Positions 13,046-24,789 of a stretch of 64,000 nt of DNA are shown piece by piece. A model generated the notes under the pieces. The model did no database searches. It worked only from the letters and a program-made list of their open reading frames with translations, and was not told the DNA's origin. Every line of letters starts with the position of its first letter. The first letter of the stretch is position 1. Origin of the DNA: Vicugna vicugna. Its lineage: Eukaryota. The stretch spans positions 9,502,176 through 9,566,175 of the forward strand of contig MU058636.1 of NCBI GenBank assembly GCA_013265495.1, given 5' to 3'. Made by a program: the position numbers and the translations under genes.

Positions 13046-13589
13046 TGAGGCGGGATGCCCCATAAAAAGACTGGCAGGATCCCCAAGCAGGGCCACTACT
13101 CTCCTGCCAGCACCATCCGGTTCCCTGGCCCAGAGGCTCTATCTTACTTTTTGCCTCTGAAATGGCTTACTTGTCCCTAAAATTCTATTGGTTCCCTGAG
13201 CTCACTTCTGATTGGTTGTTTCCTTCACTCCTGATTGGTTCTCTCACTCACTCACTCCTGTCCACTTCCCTTACTCCTGATTGATTATTTCTCTCCCTCC
13301 TGATTGGTCCATTTCTACAAAGCTTGTTCTTAATTAGTCAACTTTCCTTTTACCTAATTTACATATGAGTTGCGAAGTGTAAACTGGCCGCCTATAAAAG
13401 CCAGTGTAAACCTACAGATGGGGTCCAGAGCTTGGCGTGTTAACTTCTCTGGGCCCGCTGGCGTTATAAACCTGAGTTCTCCAACCCTCTGAGTGCTGCT
13501 TGATCTCTCGCCACGATCCAGGTTGCTGTCACAACTGAGCTGTAACACCGAGCTATAAGGCTGAGCTGTTAACACATGTTTCCGCAACG
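13046..13589 (+). mobile_element. ERV1-class solo LTR
   Basis: Begins TG, ends 'caacg' (CA mutated), perfect 4-bp TSD cttc (13042-45 / 13590-93); four ATTGG boxes; TATAAAA at 13393; interrupts an old L1 fragment ('actctacttc|taggaaaatatcttaagg'). Confidence 0.9.
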
Positions 13590-13896
13590 CTTCTAGGAAA
13601 ATATCTTAAGGAAATAAACTTCAATGGGCATCAAAGAATTAGCTGTAATAGTGTAAGACTGCTAAAAAGCTTCAATATCAAATAACAAAAGATACTATAA
13701 ATTATATTACAATGAATATTATAAAATTTATGAAAATTGTTTATGTGAAATTAAAGATAGAACATACTTATAAAAGTAAGCAAACACCCCTGACACACAT
13801 AATATCAAATTTCACAGGTAGTATAACCACCAGTTTTTAAACCAAAACCTATACGTAAAGAGGGGGGAAAAAGCCTGGGAAATATATAGCAAAATA

Positions 13897-14386
13897 TAGG
13901 CAGACTTTGAAGATATTGCAAGTTCACAACACAACAAAGAGCATATCACAATAAAGAGAGTCACATGAAACTTCTAGTTTCCTAGTGCATGTAAAAGTTA
14001 TGTGTACACTACACTATGGTCTAAGCATGCAACAATAGCATTATGTCTAAAAAACAACACCCATATCTTAATTAAAAAATACTTCATTACTAAAAAATGC
14101 TAGCCATCATTTGAACTGTCAGCAAGTTGAAGTAGTAACAGAGAATATCAGAGATGACAGATCACCATCACAAATATGACAATGATTAAAATGTGCGAAA
14201 TTATCAGAATGTGGCAGAGAAACATGAAGAGACAAATGCTGGAAAAATGGAAACAATAGATTTGCTTGATGCAGGGTTGCCACAAACATTTGGTTTGTAA
14301 AAAAAAAAACCAATAACAACAACAAAAAAAACAAAAACACAGTATCTGTGAAGCACAATAAAGCACAGCAAAATGAAGTATGCCTG
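13897..14386. mobile_element. Tigger1-derived non-autonomous DNA transposon (Tigger1a-like internal deletion)
   Basis: Terminal inverted repeats 'taggcagac' / 'gtatgcctg' flanked by TA on both sides; interior matches both ends of Tigger1. Confidence 0.88.
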
Positions 14387-14994
14387 TATTAGCAATGGAA
14401 AGCAATTATATTTGTTTCCACTCCCAACGTTTCCACATAGTCAAAGCTCCATAATAGACATGATTTCCTCTTAAGGAGTCCATAGAATGTTGTGGCTAGG
14501 ATCACAGGGCGCTCTGATGCTGTGTAAGGTCTCAGGGACGATGTCATGACCCACGGTGACATCTTTAGGATGCTGTGAGACAAGTTTCTCCATATTCTTA
14601 TAGAAAGAAGCAAATGAGTATGATTTCTAAGCAAACAGAGACTTAATGGGGAGTGTGAACACAGTGCACATTCTCATCCCCCTTCAGAGAGGGGTACAAG
14701 GACATGGTGACCTTGCTTAAAACCGCAGACAACAGTCATTGAATGTTAACTTCATCCGCTTCCCATTAGAAGGAAAAAAAATCACTCCATTACCATATTG
14801 GAGAGTCTCGGGTCTCCAGCAGGGGATTCTGCCAGGGGTGCCCCATAGCACCGCTCAGATACCCTGGGCAGTGGGTGTGTGTTTATGGACCACCGAGCTG
14901 AAATCACCACCCATGTGAAAAGCAGTAATTAGAGCTTAAAGCGCTTTGGCCTCAGATGCTGCTGTTACCTTTGGCAGATGAGGAAATATTAATT

Positions 14995-15150
14995 AAGAGC
15001 TTGTTAATATCCTCATGCTATGTAAGGGAAAATTGGAGGGTAGAGAGGGAAAGTAAATTGCCTGAGATCCATTACTTCAGGAAGCAGCAAAGGCGGGATT
15101 TCAACCCAGGCAGTCTGGCTCCAGAGCCTGACTCCTCCGTGTCCTCTCTC
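14995..15150 (-). mobile_element. MIR SINE
   Basis: 'agggaaagtaaattgcctgagatc...gggatttcaacccaggcagtctggctccagagcc' is the reverse complement of the MIR 5' half. Confidence 0.8.
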
Positions 15151-16479
15151 CTCCCCACTCAGCTTCCACCCGCTTTTAACCTCTGCTCCCAGCATTATTT
15201 ACATAATCCCAATGAAGTCTGTATACTTATTTACATGTAAACCATTTCTAACTAATGCGAACAATTATCCCAATAGCATCAAATTGAAGGAAAAATATTT
15301 CAAAGAAACCCCCTTCCATAGCTGGAGCTCACAAAACCGTAGATTCTCTGAGTACTCAATTTGAAATGGGTTCCACAGTCCTTTCAGATTTGATTGGGGT
15401 AAAATTTGCCAAACTCACTGTATTGTAGCCCTCACAGGACAGAACTGTCCAGTGCCCAAAGACTTGTTTCTCTGACTGAGATTCTGGGCATTCCTTTTCT
15501 AACGAGTTAGCTTAGAATCTTCCATTTTCATGAACCCATCGTTTGTACCACTGATGACATGAGATGGAAGCAGGGGGCTGACTATGTGATTATGAACTGT
15601 CTGCACCCTCATGCCCTACCTCCCACCTGCCATCCCAATACACTTAGTTAGAACATGAAATGACTGTACCCCATTCTCCTATCCCAAACTATCCTTGCTC
15701 TTACATTCATGTCTGTTGGTGGAAGGAAGCAATGGAAAAGAGCTGAACTCAGTTACCTTTCAAGCTTAAAAGAAAAACGGGCGTTCAGAATAAGACATTA
15801 TGAATCAAACAGGGGAAAGTCTAGTTTCCAAGTATATTCACTGTGTATCGCCTCAGGACCCGATAACATTTTATTAACACGAGAATACATCTCAAGTCAA
15901 TGGGGCTATTCAGATTTCAGGTTGTGGGTCTCCTAGAACCTCTGTTAAGTTATATTCCCAGTGGACAACCTCTTGCACTCGGACCTATGACTTAATTTAA
16001 TAGGATTCAGTGAATCTGGTCACTCATGTATGAAAGTTTTCTTATACTTTGTCTTACGATAATAATACGTTTCATTTGTGTTGTAAAGCACAATTCTCAA
16101 ACCACACGTTGAGCGATCAGAACATTTCAGTTATGGACATGAAAAGAAATTATGCCCATTTTAGAGACTAGGAGTGAAGAGACAAGAGTTGTGGTACTAT
16201 ATGGAGAAAGGACACACCTCCTTTCAACCACCATATTGAGACTGGTTTTTAAGTATATGTTCATTCCATGCCTCAACTTTGTAGATTTCTCACTACCTGC
16301 CAAAACCTGCTGGGATCAAATTGATACTGACTATGTGCCTACCAAGTGCAAGGCACTGAGCTTGGGCTGGGGATATGAAGAGCTTGGGACGTACTCAAGG
16401 ATCTGTTCTGTAACTCACCAGGTTACACTGTTGCCCAGCCACGGATGGGACCAGCACCGTGGAAAGAGTTTCAGGCTTC

Positions 16480-16670
16480 AGGAACCCATGTGATCTGGAG
16501 TGAAAATCCTGGCTCAACTTGCTTACCAACTAGGTGACCTTCAGAGTCATTTTACTTTTCTGAGCTTCTATGTCTTCATCTAGAGCCAAAGGAAACAACC
16601 TCCCAGAGCAAACATATAGGTAAAATGAGATCATGGATCTGCAGTGTCAGGCACATGGTAGTATTCAATT
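16480..16670 (+). mobile_element. MIR SINE
   Basis: 'aaatcctggctc...gtgaccttcagagtcattttacttttctgagcttc...cagtgtcaggcacatggta'. Confidence 0.75.
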
Positions 16671-17044
16671 AAGAGTAACTCTACGGAGAAATGCAAATCA
16701 GAACTACAATGAGGTAGCACCTCACACCATAATTTAAAAATCTACAACTAATAAATGCTGGAGAGGGTATGGAGAAAAAGGAACCCTCCCACTCTGTTGG
16801 TGGGAATGTAAATTGGTGCAGCCACTGTGGAGGACAGAATGGAGGTTCCTTAAAAAACTAAAAATAGACTTACCATCTGATCCAGCAATCTCAGTCCTGG
16901 GCAAATAACTTGAGAAAACTATAATTAGAAAAGACAGCTGCACCCCAATGTTCACAGCAGCACCATTTACAACAGCCAAGACATGGAAACAGCCTAAATG
17001 TCCATTGACAGATGACTGGATAAGGAAGATGTGGGGTGTATATA

Positions 17045-17050
<6 letters not shown>

Positions 17051-17076
<26 letters not shown>
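17051..17076. repeat. (TG)13 microsatellite
   Basis: Read directly. Confidence 0.95.
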
Positions 17077-17080
<4 letters not shown>

Positions 17081-17430
17081 ATGAAATAATTACTCAGCCA
17101 CAAAAAAGAGTGAAATAATGTCATTTGCAGCAACATGGATGGACCTACAGATTATCACATTAAGTAAAGGAAGACAAATATCATATGATATCACTTACAC
17201 TGGAATCTTAAAAAAGATACATATTTTATTTACAAACCGTAAATAGACTCACTGACATAGAAAAACTATGGTTACCAAAGGGGAAGAGGAGAGAGGGATA
17301 AATTAGGAGTTTGGGGTTCACAGATACACACTACTCTATATAAAATAAATAAACAACAAGGACCTACTGTAGAGCACAGGGAACTATATTCAATTTCTTG
17401 TAATGAGCTGTAATGGAAAAGAATCTGAAT

Positions 17431-17454
17431 ACACACACACACACACACACACAC
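17431..17454. repeat. (AC)12 microsatellite
   Basis: Read directly. Confidence 0.95.
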
Positions 17455-20400
17455 GTATGTATATGTATAACTGAATGGCTTTGCTGTACACCTGAAACTA
17501 ACATTGTAAATTAACTATACTTCAGTAAAAAGTTAATTTTTTTAAAAAAAAGAACAACTCAGTGGACAGGGGAGATTAGAAGCAAAGGGAGAAAGAGACG
17601 GAGAGCTCGGCCAACTCAACCCCTTGATACCTTGATGAGTCCAGTGCTAGGAGATGTGATAGAACAGACCCTAAGGAAGGCTCTTTCAAAACCCAGCACT
17701 TCAGTAGCACATGTACGCAGTGGCATTTACACCTACCAAATGCAGAGAAGGACCAAGTGCCTGAGGACCAAAACAGGCACCCCTCCTGCACAAAACAGGC
17801 TGCGTGACTCAGCAGCAGAGGGCTATAGAAAAGGGCGTGCAGCATCATGAGTGGCCAGACTGAAAACAGTCACTGCAGGAAGGCAGGCAATCTGTCATTA
17901 GTGAAAAGGCTAATTACAACCCATTTTAGAAGACATTTGCCTGGCTGTCCACTTCAGAGATCCAGAGGTTGCTCATGCCAGAGGCATTTACAATGACCAG
18001 CCGGGCACGGGGCACAGACAGTCATCACTTTCCAGGGAGCCCTGGCTGTAGCGCGGTCCCCAGAAGCGAAGACCACAACACAGGCAGCATCACCAGTGTG
18101 CCGGGTGCAGGTGGCCACATGACATGTCTGCACTACCTGAAACCCTAACCCACTCCAATCCAGAATGCAGGAGCCCATCCCAAATCTAACTCCTGGCTGT
18201 AAAATGTGGAGCCAGAAAAAGAAAACTGAACAATTAAATTTCAGTAGGGAATATGGATTTAGTGATGGATCATTGCACTCAAAATCTGGAACAAGTAAAG
18301 TACTTTCCAAAGCTACTAATGGGCTTTCAGCCTAACCCTTACTCATTGCAGTCTCCACGAGAGGCAGACCAGGGCGCGATGTCAGGTGTTATGGTAATGC
18401 TAAGCGAAAGTGAGGGAGGAAACTGGGTGATCACTAAACCGCAGGGTATCATTACCGGCACTGACTGCAAACACTGTGGGAGGGAAAGGTCAAGGTGAGA
18501 GAGGTCTCAAAGAGCTGATTTTATTCTTTCCATTTGCGGGCTCTATGTCAGTAATTCACCATGATTGAGGGAGAGAAATGAAGATTGAACTCTCCTATTT
18601 ACAGAAGCTCTACCAAATTCCCAGTAGGAATTCCTTGTCATCCCTCGAAATGCCTTCATGCTACAGAGGCACGAGGAACAAATCCCTTAGGAGAGCACAG
18701 TGTGCATTTTTAAAAACACTTGGTTCAAACTGACCAGCACAGTTTACTTCTCTCGTGCAACAAAATGTTGTCTTTTTACAGCCTTGGGGAAAATTAGTTC
18801 GGAACTAATGAAGTGTTAAGATGTGTATAGGAGTCAATCAGTGATAAGCCTTCCTGCTTTGATTTTGTATTTAACCTTCCAGTATTATGACAGCAGCCCC
18901 AAAGATGGGGGAGACACGCACAACTGTTTAACTTAGGGTTTATTTCCTCCACTCTCTTTATCGTGTTGAGCGTGCCAGGGGTGGCGGTAATAGCATTATC
19001 TGATTTGATCTGAGTGGCAATCTTTTCAAACTAATAACCCTGATGTCAGCTTCCCTGTCATGTTGCCAAGTTTAATTTCCACGTCTAACAATTAACACTC
19101 TAATGAAGACACTGTCTGACTTTAGTGCTAGTGCACACTTGGAAAGCTTCGCTCTTCTTCGCTACAGTTAAAGCTTCTGCAGGGAACCATGATAAATCAC
19201 CCCCACCCAGAGACCCTATCGGTTGTTAAGACTAAAAACCACTGAACATTTCTATTTTGTTCTAAAACTTGATTACTCCATGACGGATTTAACATTTCAG
19301 CATCACTTTATTTTCCAAGTGTTTTACTCTGTTTTGGGTGATTCTTCCCAAATCATTCCACAAAAGGTAAGTAGTCTGGTTTTTAATGAAGATGTAGAAG
19401 ACAAGTGACTTTCCCAAGATGGGAGTTATCCGACGCCCAGTCAGAAATTAACTGAAAACTTTGTTTTCTGGTCAGCTGCTCCATTCAGGTAATGAGCATT
19501 GATCAAGCACCTAACGTGGGTGGAGGGTTAGGCTAAATCTGGCTGATAGGAGTTAACCACGTTCCCGTTGCTAACGTGCTTCTAGTATTTTGCATGGTTT
19601 CCATCCATCTACATGTAGTACAGGGAATGTGTGTATATTTTTTAACTCTAGAAAGTCACATGGGCCACTTTTCATCCTGAGATTTATTTATGTCAAAGCT
19701 TAGAGTCGGGGAAGGAAAGAAAGTCAGTAGGGACGGAAGATTTGAGTTCTCAGAGTGTGCACCGTGGTCATGAAGTCCAGAACATAGCCCGGCTCTCCAC
19801 GCTGCCAGCTCCACTGGGAGCAGGGACGCAGCCCTACCCCCCAAATATCTAGTTTGACAAAGGAAACAAAAAGGCATGTATGCACTGCCAGCTCTCTGCA
19901 CTAAGAATTCAAGGATAAGAATGTAGAGGACAAATGTCCGTAGTTTACGTCTCTGGCCGGATGGACAGTGCCTGCTGGATCTCCCACCAGCAGCTACGAA
20001 AACCTCCCACGGTAAGACTGAGTTTTTGCTGTTTCTCCGAACGTCCTATCTTCACGTGACCAAAAAGATCATCAACTCATCTCTCTCCTGTACTCCAGGC
20101 ATGACAATGAGGTATTGTGCTGTTAGAAGTCACGGTGATCCTTTCTTTACAGTGATGGTCAAAGGCTGTCCTCGCTGGTTTTGCAGGAATGACTGCCAGC
20201 CTGGCCCTCATTGGTCTGTACGTGGGTCACGGCGGCGGCCTCAGGACCTAGGCACACCTCTCCAATATCTATTCAGTAGAACCACCTACTCCCACTCAGT
20301 CCACGAGGTCCAGGTGTCAGCAGCTCTACTCACCCCTCTTCCAGGAAGGACATGGATGGGGTCTAGCTTATCTGAACTTGAAGCTCAATTCAAGGACGTT

Positions 20401-20489
20401 GTCTGGGCTTCTGAGAATTTGAGACGTGGGCACAGAGTGCCTGGCCACCAGCTTATCACCACGAGATGGTCACTTCCCTGAGAAAGGAG

Positions 20490-20665
20490 CTGACTCAGAG
20501 ATGGCAGAAAAGGACCCGTAAGTAATGACCTTGCTGGAGCCCCCAGATCCAGCAGCCTGAAGCCAGGCTATCCTTGAACTTCAGTGACATAAACCAATCC
20601 ATTTTCCTTTTTTGATTCAGCCACTTAAGAGCTCTTCCGACGTGCTGTTTTGCTGAGGATTCTAG
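20490..20665 (+). mobile_element. Old MLT1 (ERVL-MaLR) LTR 3' fragment
   Basis: 'gatccagcagcctgaagccag...cagtgacataaaccaatccattttcc...agccactt' resembles MLT1J/K 3' ends. Confidence 0.55.
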
Positions 20666-21183
20666 TAGAGTTTCCTGGGAAGTCCAAACTGGTCCATTCT
20701 GCCTTTCCAAATTCCTCTCTTTCCAGTTTGGTCCCTTTACTTCCAGATGTGTCAGTTTCTCTCTGCCTTGACCTTCCAGGTCCTGGCTCAGCGCTTTCCT
20801 CAAACCCCTGTATCATCCCCCTTTCCAAATAAAAGTCTTCTGCCTCTTTCAATGCTGTTCTCAAAACTCTTCTGAATTCCTCATTCTGCTTCCCGTCAGC
20901 ACTTGTTCATCTCCTGTACCCGATGGTGTATTAGTGGATATGCTGTTATTTCAATTAATTTATAAATTTCTTAGTTTATAACTTACAATGAATTATATGA
21001 GTTATTCTCAAGTCCTTCAAACTTTACACTCCCCTTTTTGATAACTAAAAATCTTCCTCTTTTAACATCATTGAGATTTCCAAAGAAATTAAGTATGGTG
21101 ACCAAAACCAAACTCAATATTCTGTGTACTTATGCATTTTTAAACTCAACTTGGACTAGAAATTTGGATTGTATCCCCAAGAC

Positions 21184-21364
21184 CAGTGGTTCTCAAACTT
21201 TGGGGAACACCAGAATTACCAGGAAAGCTTGGGAAAACTCAGATTGCTGGGCACCCAGAGTCTTTGTAGTAGGTCTGGGGTAAGGACATGAGAATGTGCA
21301 CTTCTAACAAGTTCCCGAGAGACGTTGATGCAATGGTGTGAGGACCAGAGTTTGACAAGCATTG
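21184..21364. mobile_element. MER5A hAT-Charlie DNA transposon
   Basis: 'cagtggttctcaaactt...cagattgctggg...gtaggtctgggg...ttctaacaagttccc...tttgacaagcattg'. Confidence 0.9.
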
Positions 21365-21499
21365 CCGTCCACCCTGTTTGTTGAGAGGAGCATGGTCTTT
21401 GAATCCTCCATCCAGAACTCCATCTCTGCCTCTGGGATCGAGGCAAGAGAGCTCAAGGCTCTCTGAGTGTGACCTCGGTCACACAGAACAGGTTAACAT

Positions 21500-21700
21500 G
21501 CAGATCTGTCATGTTGCTGGGTGACCTTGACGGGGCAAATTCCTCACTCTCCCTAAGCTACCATACCCTGATGTGTAGCATGAGGCAACAGCCGATGTGC
21601 TTACCCCACAGACCAGGGTTAAAGAGAAGCACTTCTCACAATGCTCGGCACATGGTAAATGCACAACGGACTCAGACTGTTATTATGATGGTGTTATTAT
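21500..21700 (+). mobile_element. MIR SINE
   Basis: 'gctgggtgaccttga...gggttaaagagaagcacttctcacaatgctcggcacatggtaaatgc' followed by a tattat tail. Confidence 0.7.
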
Positions 21701-21711
21701 TGCTGTCACCC

Positions 21712-21806
21712 GGTAGGGAGAGCTCAGTGGTAGAGCACGTGCTTAGCATGTGAGAGATCCTGGGTTCAATCTCCAGTACCTCCTTTAAAAAAAAAAAAAA
21801 AAAAAA
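21712..21806 (+). mobile_element. Camelid tRNA-derived SINE (Vic-1-like)
   Basis: A-box 'agctcagtgg', B-box 'ggttcaatct', 'cagtacctcc' then a long poly(A); homologous to 37309-37420. Confidence 0.88.
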
Positions 21807-22577
21807 GGAAAAAGATGGACTTATTTCTGTCACCAACAGGAAGTCAATGGTTTTCTGATTCCCCATCCAGGATTCTTTTAACTCAGCCACCAATTTCTCT
21901 TATGTGAATATACCTTTCATTATAATGCCAGCCTCTAATATTATCCTTTCTCATATCTCATTCTATTATTCTCTTCTATTACAAGGTCTGAAATTATTTT
22001 CCTTTGAACAGCCCAAGATGGTTGCCTCACGTGACAGATTGTGTTTTTTTCCTTCAGCTTAATTCAATTAAAACTCAATTTTTAGAAAGTCTGTGCATTA
22101 GAACAAATTAGACATTGGACCTATAATAGCCCCATTTCCTTCCCGTCTGACATTTCTGAACAATTTTCCTACAAAATATACTGAGGCTTCTTCCCACAGG
22201 CTCTATCTGCGGAATTCTCAACCATATTACGACCATGAAGGATGCTTTATTTGTGGCTTTTCACAGAAACAAGAGGAAAACAAGACTGTTTCCTGCTGCC
22301 TTTCATTTCCCCCACGGAGAGCGCAGGCAGAGCCTGGTCTGAACGTGGTCATGGAGTTTCTGAAGAGGCATCCACTGTGTGTTCAGGAGTTTGACAAGGG
22401 GCTGGCCGGGGGTGAGCCAAGGAAGAAAAGCAGGATGCTGGGGAAAACAGGAGCCAAGAGCCATGCAATTAACATTTTTTCCATGCTTCGCTATAATTAG
22501 CAGATCAAAGGGGACCTGGGCTTACAGAACTCACCAGGCCTATGTGACAGTCAGCAAATGGCACAAGTAAGACTCAC

Positions 22578-22930
22578 CGTTCACAAGCAGAATTTGTTTT
22601 CTCATAAATCGTCCTTTGTGACTCCTCTACCACTTATTCCCACCCCGAAGTGCTGCGCCTGAGAACATTCCCAGGGCAGATACAGTTCCCGTTTCCTGAG
22701 AGTCCCCTGCGAGGCGCAGAGGGCTCGTGGACACCTCCATACAGCCCTGCAAGGAAGGCGCCGGGGCTCCAGGTTCCGCGACTCAACCGATGCCTCATTG
22801 GCAGGAAGTGGCAGGCACTGAACTCCGATCTCGCAGAAAGGCAGTGCTGTGCAAAAGCTCCTGATCGTGAAACCATCCCCTGAGCTGCTCATTAAAAATG
22901 CGCATTTTAATCCACGAGATCCGGAGTGAG
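22578..22930 (-). promoter_or_regulatory. CpG-enriched candidate promoter/enhancer with a possible first exon
   Basis: Local CpG enrichment; ETS site caggaagtg (22802-10) abutting ATTGG (22797-801); strong minus-strand donor ACG|gtgagt at 22578/22577. Confidence 0.3.
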
Positions 22931-23184
22931 GCTGGCAAACAAGATCTACAAAAAGCTCGGAGTGATTCCTTTTTCCCCTCAAGTTTGGTAAATCACTTGC
23001 AAGATATGAGAGCATCTATGGGACTTTTTATTTATACTCAACATACTGGGAACGGAAACGTCATTTCATGGGAGTCTTACAGATTCACAACGTGTCAGTC
23101 TCTTTTAGGTTTGCCTATTTTTTTTTTCTCAGAGACCATGAGTAATAAACTCATTTCAACCACAATCCATATATATGTCATTTC

Positions 23185-24090
23185 CCTGCCCAGACCCCTG
23201 AGGGGTTTCCAGTTTCACTCAGCACCGCTGTCAGATCCTCACAATGGCCCTCAAGTGCCACATGACCTGGCCCACTCCTACCTCTCAGACACCATCACTC
23301 TCTCATGCATCCCTTTTTTCCTTTTTCACATTTTTAATATAATTTAATTTTTTATTGAAGTGTAGTCGATTTACAATGTTGTGTTAATTTCTGGTGTACA
23401 GCATAGTGATTCAGTTTACAGGTATATGTGTGTGTGTGTGTGTGTGTGAGTGTGTGTGAGTGTACATATATATATTCCTTTTCATATTCTTTTTCATTAT
23501 AGGACATTACAAGGTATTGAATATAGTTCCCTGGAGCTGGAGGTCATCACACTAAGTAAAGTAAACCTAGTGAGAAAGAAAAATACCATATGCTATCACT
23601 CATCCTTTCTAGACACACAACCCTTTGCCGTCCCGGAAATACACCAATTCCCACCCTGTGCCTTTGAATTTGCTGTTCCCGCTGCCTCGATCACTGTTCC
23701 CCCAGAGACCCACATGGCCAACGCCCTCATCTCCTATGAGTCTCTACTCAAACAGCAGCTCCACGAGGTCTTCCCTGATCATCCTATTTAAAAGTTAACC
23801 ATTCTCGGCTCCTGTAACTCCTAAGCCCCTGTACTTATGGACACTTTTTTCTGTTTTGCCATATACTATGGTGTGCACACATACACTAAGGTATACATGT
23901 ACCTTCAAACACACCATATAATAAGATCTGTGTAATTTACTTACCATGGTTATTTTTTATTAGCTATCTTCTCCTACTGCTGGTCAGCTCCACAAGGTCG
24001 GGGATCTTTGTCTACTGATATATCCCAAACACCTAGAACAATGCCTGGTATGTAGTGGGTACTCAATAAATATATGTTAAATTAATGAAT
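23185..24090 (+). mobile_element. L2 LINE 3' portion, interrupted by an L1 insertion
   Basis: 'tcctcacaatggccc...catgacctggccc', 'cctttgaatttgctgttccc', and terminal 'acctagaacaatgcctggtatgtagtgggtactcaataaatatatgtt..aatgaat'. Confidence 0.85.
23312..23600 (-). mobile_element. Short L1 insertion with 5' inversion
   Basis: 23345-23533 is the reverse complement of the L1 3' UTR with a T-tail on the left; 23534-23600 is a plus-strand upstream L1 segment ('gagctggaggtcatcacactaagtaaag...ataccatatgctatcactc'); includes a (TG)n run near 23427-23463. Confidence 0.85.
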
Positions 24091-24789
24091 ATAATTGAAA
24101 CAAAATTTCACACAACAGTACATCATCTTACTATGTCAATGTACTCTATATTGTCCACCCAATCCTATTCTAGTTTATTTTATGAAAGTGTAGACTCATT
24201 ACTTGGTCACTGACATAATCAAAATTCTGTTGCTTGTTTGCCAACAACTTGCTGGGAGCCTGTTTAAGTCATCAGACCAATTTCTCACCAGGTGCAGTTT
24301 GACCCATCAACTGCAAAGTGCTCCCTCCAAAGGTTAACAACATAAATGGTGACAAACCATCTGCAAATGAGAAAAACGATAAAAGGATCAAATTAGGAGT
24401 TTTGGCATATGATTCCTTTGGCAAAATGCGAACTTAGCTTTGAGGGTGCACAGCAAGGCTGTAATGAACGCATGAGCATAGTAAGCAGCGCGTCAGTGAG
24501 TCATCAGGAGGGTTACTAACGTATTTCAAATTACATTTAGTTACTTGCGGCAAAGAATGTTTTAAAACATACAGTTTAATCATCATGTTTTGTGAATTTT
24601 CCTTGCAAAGCTGTTAAGAGGAAAGGGCTGATTTTATGTCAGATGGATCATTTCAGACGAACAAGATTAGCAGGCCCAATATTATCACCACTGACCAAGT
24701 AATTGTACTTATATTTTATGGGGTCTTGAAGTGCCCTTTGATCTTAGTTTGGCTTCATGTTTCAGAACTGGCCCTGTGAGCATTTCCCC

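Larger units (their letters stand above)
16682..17549 (+). mobile_element. 5'-truncated L1 (end of ORF2, 3' UTR, A-tail)
   Basis: 'gagaaatgcaaatcagaactacaatgagg...gttggtgggaatgtaaattggtgcagccactgtgg...' is L1 ORF2 C-terminal coding sequence; probable TSD aagagtaactc (16671-81) / aagaacaactc (17550-60). Confidence 0.95.

Noticed and set aside
20026..20481. 151-aa ORF, and the similar 154-aa ORF at 35881-36345 and 149-aa ORF at 22898-23347
   Set aside because: Non-coding-like composition, no recognisable domain, two have non-ATG starts and two overlap L2 remnants; such lengths are expected by chance in 64 kb.
21712..21785. tRNA-like sequence (also 37309-37387)
   Set aside because: A and B boxes are followed by an A-tail and TSD and there is no proper acceptor stem, so these are SINEs rather than tRNA genes.
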